From contig JANLUZ010000122.1 of NCBI GenBank assembly GCA_031363755.1, positions 3,631 to 67,630 of the forward strand: a DNA stretch of 64,000 bases, given 5' to 3'. The DNA comes from Polaromonas sp. GTDB taxonomy: Bacteria > Pseudomonadota > Gammaproteobacteria > Burkholderiales > Burkholderiaceae_C. Under the pieces are notes generated by a model. It saw only the letters and a program-made list of their open reading frames with translations, did no database searches and was not told the DNA's origin. Positions 47,368-55,101 of this stretch are shown piece after piece (the first letter of the stretch is position 1; each line of letters starts with the position of its first letter). The translations under genes and the position numbers were made by a program.

Positions 47368-48330
47368 TCAGTTGCGGCTGCAAGTTGGGCATGGGTCCAG
47401 CGGCATTTTTGGCTCATTGCAAGCATCGTTTGATGCAATGTTTTGAGCCGCGTGACTACCAGCGCCGTTGGCTGCGTTGGTCACTGTCGCACCGTTCAGG
47501 AAAGTTGTCTGAAACGAGGTACCGGCCACAAGCACGTTGCCCATGTTCGACGATAGGTTTTGACTGGCCACAGAATTAAGACCATTGGCACTGTTGCTGA
47601 CGACAGATTTTTTCGAGTCGACCAGCTGTTTGGAGTTGCCGTTGATCGTCACTGGCCCCTCGTTGCTAGCCAGACTTTGTGTTGCTGTAGACAGAACACC
47701 CTTTGCCTTGTTCATGAACGAAGACCCTGAAGAGTTCACATCCTGGTCAGAGATGCCACCGACGCCTACAGCGATTTTTCCGTTGTTGCTGGCCAGGTTT
47801 TGTGTTGCGATTGCCTTAAACCCGGTGGCGTCATTGCTCACGGTGTCACCGCTGGTGCGTGTCGTCTGCTGCGACGCTCCCTTTATCGCCACATCACCCT
47901 TGTTGCTCGACAGGTTTTGCAACGCATCAGACTGTCCGCCCGATGCTACGTTGGATACCGCCGTAGTGTTCAAAAATGCATCCTGAGCAGACTTAGCGCC
48001 CTTTGCAATAGTTACTTTTCCAGCGTTCGACGCCACATTCTGATTGGCGAAATCATCCAAACGAACTGACTCGTTTTTCATTGAGCCCCCATTTGTAACC
48101 GTATTTTGCTTCGAACTGCCGTCAATGGTGATGGCCCCAGCGTTGCTGGAGACGTTTTGTAGTGCGGTGTTCTTCAGTTGGGACGTGTTGGACACTGTCG
48201 TGCCCGTCATTGACGCATTTTGCGTTGAAGACCCCGCGGTTCCGATCGTGATGGCCGCAGGCGTTGTCGGCCCCGCAGCCATGGCACCAGCTGCAACAGC
48301 GGAAAGAGCGAAAAAAACGATTGATTTCAT
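47368..48330 (-). CDS. Secreted Asn/Gln/Ser-rich repeat protein (functional amyloid / beta-solenoid-like)
   Basis: Signal peptide MKSIVFFALSAVAAGAMA; seven 39-41-aa repeats with conserved SxQ, NxA, AxQNxxSNxG; C-terminal CPTC. Confidence 0.85.
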   Translation of the reverse strand: MKSIVFFALSAVAAGAMAAGPTTPAAITIGTAGSSTQNASMTGTTVSNTSQLKNTALQNVSSNAGAITIDGSSKQNTVTNGGSMKNESVRLDDFANQNVASNAGKVTIAKGAKSAQDAFLNTTAVSNVASGGQSDALQNLSSNKGDVAIKGASQQTTRTSGDTVSNDATGFKAIATQNLASNNGKIAVGVGGISDQDVNSSGSSFMNKAKGVLSTATQSLASNEGPVTINGNSKQLVDSKKSVVSNSANGLNSVASQNLSSNMGNVLVAGTSFQTTFLNGATVTNAANGAGSHAAQNIASNDACNEPKMPLDPCPTCSRN

Positions 48331-48862
48331 GATGATTCCCCAAAAAAGGTTGGTCTCAGACTTTTCCAACAGCGCAGCAAATCCGAGCAGTTGGGCGGTT
48401 TGACAACACTTTCTCATCTCAATCCCTACAAAGAAGAAGGACTGACTTCCAGCGTTGTCTGCGATCAGTGTTATCCGCCTGGAACACCCCGCCAATCGCC
48501 GGTAGGGGGTAACCAGCTTGTGAATCGCTTCATAAGCGACTTCCTGCAAATTAATAAACAGTCGGTGGCATCGTAATTTTCGTTACTCCCGCGTGAGCCT
48601 CTGTATCACCATAATTCAGGTTAGTAAGTACATGTATCAATAGAAACAAAATAAGGTCGTTTATTTCTAAGGCGGCTTGTTATTCCGAAAGCCAAGAAAA
48701 TCAGAAAAATTGGGCTTTTTATCCTACATTTTTCGGCGAACAACGCGCGCACAATCCGATTTCGCTGGCTTCGGTGTTGTTCGGCTTGCTTAACTGGCGG
48801 CAGATTCTGAAGCCAGTACACGAGCTCAAAGAAAAACATAACTTAATGTTCAAAGGCTCCTT

Positions 48863-49738
48863 ATGGACACCGTTAGTGACAACGTGGCCGCGCCTGCAAG
48901 TACTTTTGATGCGCTTAAACCGGACAGTGCGCAGTGTTTTTTGATGCAAGAAGACTCCGCGTCGGTCAGGCAAGTGGCTAATCATCTGTGCCCGGCAAAC
49001 CTGGGCCGAGGGGCCAATTTTCTTCAGGTGCCCATTGCCACTCCTGCGCCATGGCCGGATTTTCTAACGGGTCAGCCCGGCCGCCCGGTTCGGGTGCTGC
49101 TGATTGACGATGACGCGCACATGAGAAATGTCATTGCCAACGAGCTGTTGTCAGACTTGCGCTGCGACGTGGTGGCGCAGGCCTCAAGCGTTAAAGAGGG
49201 CCGAAAACTGATCGCCCACCATGTGTTCGAGGTGATGCTGGTGGACTTGAACTTGGGCGACGGCAACGGATTTGAACTGATTGAACACATGAAGACCGTT
49301 CGGCCGTTGGCGGAGGCGGTGGTGATTTCGGCGATGGAAGATGAGCAACACGCACTCAAGGCATTTGAGCTGGGTGCCACGGGATATCTCGTCAAAAACT
49401 CGTGGTTTGGAAATTTTTCTCAAGCGGTGTTGCAGGTGGTCAATGGTGGCGCCTCCATCACGCCTAACCTGGCGCGTCGGCTGCTGCAAAAGCTAGAGCA
49501 ACCCTGCAGCACCCACGGCCGGGCGGTCGGTGTCAACCCACTCAAAGACAAGCTTTCAGACCGTGAAAAAGAGGTGCTGAAGATGGTTGCAGCTGGCTAC
49601 ACCAGTGCGGAGATCGGTACCCGGCTGATGATCAGCTTTCAAACGGTCAACACCCACATCAAGAACACGTACCGCAAGCTGCAAGTGCGGACCCGAGCCC
49701 AGGCAGTCAGCTCGGCTACTCACCTGGGGCTGCTGTAG
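48863..49738 (+). CDS. NarL/LuxR family response regulator
   Basis: VLLIDDD, MLVDLNLGD, GYLVKN receiver; LSDREKEVLKMVAAG...TVNTHIKNTYRKL HTH; start uncertain because of a long N-terminal extension. Confidence 0.92.
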   Translation: MDTVSDNVAAPASTFDALKPDSAQCFLMQEDSASVRQVANHLCPANLGRGANFLQVPIATPAPWPDFLTGQPGRPVRVLLIDDDAHMRNVIANELLSDLRCDVVAQASSVKEGRKLIAHHVFEVMLVDLNLGDGNGFELIEHMKTVRPLAEAVVISAMEDEQHALKAFELGATGYLVKNSWFGNFSQAVLQVVNGGASITPNLARRLLQKLEQPCSTHGRAVGVNPLKDKLSDREKEVLKMVAAGYTSAEIGTRLMISFQTVNTHIKNTYRKLQVRTRAQAVSSATHLGLL

Positions 49739-49763
49739 TCGTGCGTCGCGATCTGCCGCCGCG

Positions 49764-51272
49764 ATGATTTCTGTTTCTGGTCAGCAGCTCATCGGCCAGC
49801 TGTGTGCGCTCGCCGGCATGGCGTTAGCAGGCTGTGTGTGCTGGCAGTCGCGCCGGTTGTGGCTGCGCCAGCAACGGCTGCAAGATTTATCGGTACTGGT
49901 GCTGGCCGGTGCCTGGCTGGCATATCTGGTCATCATGACTGGCATCAAGGAGATCAGCGCGAGATCTTCAACGGACCACGCGCAAGGCTTTGTCACACAG
50001 GTCTATGTGGAGCACATGGGTCTTCAGCTGTTGGCGGTGGCTGTCGGCGGTTTTTTACTGCTGACGACAGGCATTGCGCGGGGTTGGGTCTATGTGATGT
50101 TGACGGCGCAAGCCCTATTCGGCTTAGCGGTGCTGAGTTGGCGGCCATGGGACATGGCTGATACCTTCAAAAACTTTGCAGCGTCCAGCGCTTACCTACT
50201 CTGGGTTGTCCCCAATTTGTGTGGGGCAGTAGCTACTACAGCGGTGATTTTGAGAGCCGCCTGGCGCACGCGCAGCGCGGCAGGCTGGCTCGCCTTCAGC
50301 AGCTGCCTGATGGGCTTGGCGCTGTGTGCAGACCAATTGCTGGTGGACGACAAGAGCGTGCGCACGGGAACGGTGTCGCAGCTGGCTTTCGCCTTGTTTT
50401 TGTGGGTGGTGTGGCGCATCACCGCCAACCAGAGCAGAACTGCCCCAAGCGCCGGTGTTTTGGCTGAATTTCCGCAAAGTGGCAACATGATACTGCTGTC
50501 TGATTTTGGGTCGCCGCCCAACGCTGCCGCCGCTGCGCTGGCCGCCGTAGCACAGGAGCGCCGCCGCATTGGCCAGGACCTGCATGACGGTGTGGCGTCG
50601 CAGCTGGTCACATTGCTGTGTACGCTCGACAGTGCCTTGCCAAAAGACCAGCGCATGGCGCTTGCGCTGGAGAAATGCCTTGTCGACCTGAAAATGACCG
50701 TCGACGCACTGGACGCCAGCACCGACAACATTCTGGACGCGTTGGGCCGTTTGAGGTATCGGGTTCAGCATTCGTTGGACAAGCTGGGTATTCAGATGTT
50801 GTGGCGGGTGGAAGTACGGGACGAGCTGGCCGCAGTACGGGGCGACGCAGCACTGCACACCTTGCGTATTGCGCAAGAAAGTCTGAGCAACGTGATGATG
50901 CACGCGCATGCATCCGCTGTCGAAGTGGTGTGCCGCTATCTGGCCGAGACAGACACCCTGCTGCTGGAAGTCCGAGACAACGGATGTGGCATCGCCCGGC
51001 ACCGCGGCGCCGCATCGGGGTCTGCAGGCCAAGCGGGGCAATCGGGGCAATCGGGATTTATCGGCACGCAGCCATCTGGCAAGGGCCTGATCAACATGCG
51101 CAACCGCGCAAAAAGTATGGGCGGGGAACTGACCATTTCAAGCAAATTGGGCGCTGGCACCCGGGTTCGTTTGCAATTGCCCATACAAGGTGCCGCCCGC
51201 TTGGCAGCGTGCATCAATGCCAATGACACGGTGGCCGGCGGCGCCGGGCCGATATCGTCACTGATCTGTTGA
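49764..51272 (+). CDS. Membrane sensor histidine kinase (HisKA_3, NarX/UhpB type)
   Basis: About seven TM helices; QERRRIGQDLHD H-box; IAQESLSN; VRDNGCG; GKGLINMRNRAKSMGG. Confidence 0.9.
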   Translation: MISVSGQQLIGQLCALAGMALAGCVCWQSRRLWLRQQRLQDLSVLVLAGAWLAYLVIMTGIKEISARSSTDHAQGFVTQVYVEHMGLQLLAVAVGGFLLLTTGIARGWVYVMLTAQALFGLAVLSWRPWDMADTFKNFAASSAYLLWVVPNLCGAVATTAVILRAAWRTRSAAGWLAFSSCLMGLALCADQLLVDDKSVRTGTVSQLAFALFLWVVWRITANQSRTAPSAGVLAEFPQSGNMILLSDFGSPPNAAAAALAAVAQERRRIGQDLHDGVASQLVTLLCTLDSALPKDQRMALALEKCLVDLKMTVDALDASTDNILDALGRLRYRVQHSLDKLGIQMLWRVEVRDELAAVRGDAALHTLRIAQESLSNVMMHAHASAVEVVCRYLAETDTLLLEVRDNGCGIARHRGAASGSAGQAGQSGQSGFIGTQPSGKGLINMRNRAKSMGGELTISSKLGAGTRVRLQLPIQGAARLAACINANDTVAGGAGPISSLIC

Positions 51273-51286
51273 TCAAGCGAGCCGCT

Positions 51287-51772
51287 TTACAAACGAATCG
51301 CCGTGTTCTTGTCGAAGCGATCTTCGAGTTGCCCGAGATGGGCGGCAACCGTATTGTCCGACTGATCCATGCGCGCCAACAGCGAGCGGTCCAGCGAAGC
51401 CAGGCGTTCTGCCCACACCTGGTTGGCCATAACTTCGCGCTCTTTCTCAGCGAGTGCGGTAGCTTCAAGGTACTGGCGCAATTCGGTGAAGCGGGAAGCC
51501 TCCGCCTTGCCGGCGAGGTCGCGCTGGGTGTTCAGTTCGCGGGCATATTTGCGAGTTTCCAGCAGGTTGGCGCTTTGCATGACCAATGTGCTGCCCAAAA
51601 ACACCACAGTGGCCACCACCAGAAGCACGAGCATTACCAAGCCCAGCGACACCTGCACCGTGGTAAAGCCCAGGCTGAGCACACTGGTGCGGGTGAATTC
51701 ATCCACATTGAGTGCCACAAAACCCGCAACGAACAAGACAAAAACAATCAAGACAATGGATCGAACGCGCAT
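51287..51772 (-). CDS. LapA-family membrane protein
   Basis: Two N-terminal TM helices (FVALNVDEF, LSLGFTTVQVSLGLVML) followed by a coiled coil. Confidence 0.7.
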   Translation of the reverse strand: MRVRSIVLIVFVLFVAGFVALNVDEFTRTSVLSLGFTTVQVSLGLVMLVLLVVATVVFLGSTLVMQSANLLETRKYARELNTQRDLAGKAEASRFTELRQYLEATALAEKEREVMANQVWAERLASLDRSLLARMDQSDNTVAAHLGQLEDRFDKNTAIRL

Positions 51773-51956
51773 AAAAAACTCCCTGTTGTGGGGGGCCAAG
51801 TGTGGCGGCAACACCCCTACGGCGCTGTGGGACAATCCCGGCTTTTGGGGTGGGGGAAGGAAAAGTCTGAGTTCAAATCCGGTCGGTAATCGCACGGGCA
51901 CGCTGCTTTCAACAGCTTGAGCATCCCACCAGACGGCGCTATTTTTTTGAGATCTT

Positions 51957-54443
51957 ATGTCCCCCATCATCGCCCAAATCGCTCAGGAACTGCGCGTTCA
52001 GTCGCACCAGGTCAGCACCGCCGTGGGCCTGCTGGACGGCGGGGCCACCGTGCCTTTCATTGCCCGCTACCGCAAGGAAGCCACGGGTGGCCTGGACGAC
52101 ATCCAACTGCGTGAGCTGGAGCAGCGCCTGGGCTACTTGCGCGAGCTGGCCGACCGCAAGGAAACGGTTCTTAACAGCATTCGAGAGCAGGGCAAGCTGA
52201 CCCCAGCACTGGCCGACGCCATTGCCCAGGCCGCTACCAAACAAGACCTTGAAGACATCTACCTGCCGTTTAAACAAAAGCGTCGCACCAAGGGGAAAAT
52301 GGCGCGCGAAGCCGGCATTGAACCGCTGGCCGACAAGTTGTTTGCCGACCCCTCGTTGACCCCCATCAACGAAGCTGTCGCCTATGTGAAGCTTGACAAA
52401 AGCGAGCTTGGCGACGACTTCACCACTGTGCAAGCCGTGCTTGACGGAGTGCGCGACATTTTGAGCGAGCGCTGGGCGGAAGATGCGGCCTTGGTGCAAG
52501 GGCTGCGCGGCTGGCTGTGGACCGACGGGCTGTTCTCAAGCAAGCTGGTTAATGGCAAGGACGAAAACAATGCCGACCACGCGAAGTTTCGCGATTATTT
52601 TGACTACGTCGAACCCGTGGGCCGTGTGCCATCGCACCGCGCGCTGGCGGTCTTCAGGGGCAGGGCGCTGGAGATTCTGGACGCCAAACTGCTGCTGCCC
52701 GAGCCGCCGTTGTCCGCAGGCGCGGTGCCACCGAAAGGCCAACAATTTTCCGCCGGGCCGCCCCAAGGAAAATTAGCCCCGGCGGGGGGCAGCGAAGGAC
52801 ACGACAGTGCCAAGCGTGGGGACCAGCCCGTGTCACTGGCCGAAGGAAAAATTGCACTGCACCTGGGCTGGAGCCACAAGGCGCGGCCAGCCGACGACCT
52901 GATCCGCAAGTGTGTGGCCTGGGCGTGGCGCGTCAAACTCAGCCTGTCGCTGGAGCGTGACCTGTTCACCCGCCTGCGGGAAGACGCTGAAAAAGTCGCC
53001 ATCAAGGTGTTTGCCGATAACCTGCGCGACCTATTGCTGGCCGCCCCGGCTGGCCCGCGTGTGGTGATGGGCCTGGACCCGGGCATTCGCACCGGGGTGA
53101 AAGTGGCGGTGGTGGACGCCACCGGCAAGCTGGTGGAAACGGCGACGGTGTTCCCGCACGAGCCGCGCAAGGACTGGGAAGGCTCCCTGCACATGCTGGG
53201 CAAGCTGTGCGACAAGCACGGCGTGAACCTGATCGCTATCGGCAACGGCACCGCCAGCCGCGAGACGGACAAGCTGGCTGCTGATTTGATGAAACGCCTG
53301 CACGACCTGAACAGTGGCATGCAGCGCGTGATTGTCAGTGAGGCGGGAGCCTCCGTTTATTCCGCCAGCGAATTTGCCAGCCAGGAAATGCCCGACGTGG
53401 ACGTGAGCCTGCGCGGCGCGGCCAGCATCGCACGCCGCCTGCAAGACCCGCTGGCCGAGCTGGTGAAAATCGACCCGAAGTCGATTGGCGTCGGCCAATA
53501 CCAGCACGACGTGAATCAGTCTGACTTGGCACGTAGCCTGGACACGGTGGTCGAAGACTGCGTGAACAGCGTGGGCGTGGACCTGAACACTGCCAGCGTC
53601 CCGCTATTGGCCCGGGTTTCAGGCTTGTCGCAAACGGTGGCCAAGTCGGTGGTGCGCTGGCGCGACGCGAACGGCGCATTTGCATCGCGGGCTGATCTGC
53701 TCAAGGTGACCGGTCTGGGGGCGAAAACATTCGAGCAGAGCGCGGGCTTTTTGCGCCTTCGCACCAGCACAAATCCATTAGACATGACGGGCGTTCACCC
53801 CGAGACCTACCCGGTCGTAGAAAATATCATGGCGCACACCGGTAAGCCTGTGGCTGAGCTGATGGGCCGGGCCGACATGCTCAAAACCCTCAAACCCGAG
53901 CTCTTTGCTAACGATAAGTTCGGTGTCATCACCGTCAAGGACATCATCGCCGAGCTGGAAAAGCCAGGCCGTGACCCGCGCCCGGACTTCAAGGTGGCCC
54001 GCTTCAACGACGGCGTGAACGATATGAAGGACCTGCGCGAAGGCATGGAACTGGAAGGCACCGTGAGCAACGTGGCCGCATTCGGCGCGTTCATCGACCT
54101 GGGCGTGCACCAGGACGGGCTGGTACACGTCAGCCAGCTGAGCCACAAGTTTGTGACCGATGCGCGCGAGGTTGTCAAAACCGGCGACATCGTCAAAGTG
54201 CGCGTGACCGAGGTGGACGTGGCCCGCAAACGCATCGGCCTGACGATGAAACTCGGCGATGCCCCGGCCAGACGTGACGCCCCGCAAGGCCACGGTGTGA
54301 ACCGTTTTGAAGGCGCGCGTCCGGGTGCTTCGGGCGGTGGGCAGCGCGGCTTCAATGGCGGCAACGCGCCCCGTGGGCCTCAGCCGTCGTCGGCAACCGC
54401 CATGGAGTCGGCCTTCAGCAAGCTCGCGGGGTTGAAGAAGTAA
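51957..54443 (+). CDS. tex: Tex family RNA-binding transcriptional accessory protein
   Basis: TVPFIARYRKE, GLDPGIRTGVK, IAIGNGTASRET, IGVGQYQHDV, S1 domain GTVSNVAAFGAFIDLGVHQDGLVH. Confidence 0.96.
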   Translation: MSPIIAQIAQELRVQSHQVSTAVGLLDGGATVPFIARYRKEATGGLDDIQLRELEQRLGYLRELADRKETVLNSIREQGKLTPALADAIAQAATKQDLEDIYLPFKQKRRTKGKMAREAGIEPLADKLFADPSLTPINEAVAYVKLDKSELGDDFTTVQAVLDGVRDILSERWAEDAALVQGLRGWLWTDGLFSSKLVNGKDENNADHAKFRDYFDYVEPVGRVPSHRALAVFRGRALEILDAKLLLPEPPLSAGAVPPKGQQFSAGPPQGKLAPAGGSEGHDSAKRGDQPVSLAEGKIALHLGWSHKARPADDLIRKCVAWAWRVKLSLSLERDLFTRLREDAEKVAIKVFADNLRDLLLAAPAGPRVVMGLDPGIRTGVKVAVVDATGKLVETATVFPHEPRKDWEGSLHMLGKLCDKHGVNLIAIGNGTASRETDKLAADLMKRLHDLNSGMQRVIVSEAGASVYSASEFASQEMPDVDVSLRGAASIARRLQDPLAELVKIDPKSIGVGQYQHDVNQSDLARSLDTVVEDCVNSVGVDLNTASVPLLARVSGLSQTVAKSVVRWRDANGAFASRADLLKVTGLGAKTFEQSAGFLRLRTSTNPLDMTGVHPETYPVVENIMAHTGKPVAELMGRADMLKTLKPELFANDKFGVITVKDIIAELEKPGRDPRPDFKVARFNDGVNDMKDLREGMELEGTVSNVAAFGAFIDLGVHQDGLVHVSQLSHKFVTDAREVVKTGDIVKVRVTEVDVARKRIGLTMKLGDAPARRDAPQGHGVNRFEGARPGASGGGQRGFNGGNAPRGPQPSSATAMESAFSKLAGLKK
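52755..52821 (+). repeat. GC-rich palindromic element (family C) inserted in frame in tex
   Basis: GGGCCGCCCCAAGGAAAATTAGCCCCGGCGGGGGGCAGCGAAGGACACGACAGTGCCAAGCGTGGGG, encoding GPPQGKLAPAGGSEGHDSAKRG. Confidence 0.65.
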
Positions 54444-54468
54444 GGCCGTCAATCCATTTCCACGCCGA

Positions 54469-54505
54469 TTGATGATGTACTGTTGACGTATATACTTTTA
54501 CATCA
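54469..54505 (+). promoter_or_regulatory. Sigma70-like promoter with overlapping inverted-repeat operator of the TA operon
   Basis: TTGATG-N16-TATACT; TGATGTA (54473-79) and TACATCA (54499-505) inverted repeat. Confidence 0.6.
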
Positions 54506-54523
54506 CACATCTAGGAGCGTTTT

Positions 54524-54802
54524 ATGTCGAAAGAAGCCGTTTTCACGATGAAACTGGAGTCTGCGTTGCGCAACGACTTCATGCAGGAGGCCGAGGCCAC
54601 ACATCGCCCCGCTTCTCAAATTCTGCGGGAATTGATGCGCGACTTCGTACAGCGTCAACGCAGCGCACGCGAATATGATGCGTTTTTGCAGCGTAAAGTT
54701 GATCTGGCTCGGGCCTCTATGGCTAAGGGCGAGGGGCTCAGCAATGATTCTGTCGAAGCCGCGTTTGCGGCCCGACGTGCAAGCGTTCACGGCGAGAATT
54801 AA
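54524..54802 (+). CDS. Type II antitoxin (RHH/CopG-like)
   Basis: MSKEAVFTMKLE...HRPASQILRELMRDFV RHH-like N-terminus; directly upstream of a RelE/ParE gene. Confidence 0.82.
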   Translation: MSKEAVFTMKLESALRNDFMQEAEATHRPASQILRELMRDFVQRQRSAREYDAFLQRKVDLARASMAKGEGLSNDSVEAAFAARRASVHGEN

Positions 54803-54808
54803 TGCCGA

Positions 54809-55093
54809 ATGAATGTTTTTTGGACGCTTGGAGCGCAACAAGATCGCGCAGACATATGGGGTTACATTGCCGCAGACAACCCGCGCGCAGCGGCCAAAAT
54901 GGACACCCTGTTCAGTGACGCTGCGACGCTGCTGAGTGAGCACCCCAAGATTGGTCGGGATGGAAAGATTTCAGGCACGCGTGAGCTGGTTCCGCACAAA
55001 AACTACCGCATGGTTTATCAAATCGAAGGCGACACGGTCTGGATTTTGGTGCTGTTGCACTGTGCGCGGCTATGGCCCGACGCCGCACGATAG
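54809..55093 (+). CDS. Type II toxin, RelE/ParE family
   Basis: VFWTLGAQQDRADIWGYIAADNPRAA, HPKIGR, GTRELV, YRMVY. Confidence 0.88.
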   Translation: MNVFWTLGAQQDRADIWGYIAADNPRAAAKMDTLFSDAATLLSEHPKIGRDGKISGTRELVPHKNYRMVYQIEGDTVWILVLLHCARLWPDAAR

Positions 55094-55101
55094 TCAGCCC
55101 A

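Noticed and set aside
47419-48252. Periodic DNA that might be a CRISPR array
   Set aside because: The periodicity is at protein level inside an ORF; DNA repeats are degenerate and no cas genes are present
48621-48985. Short ORFs in the AT-rich spacer
   Set aside because: Atypical composition and overlap with the regulator start; more likely promoter DNA
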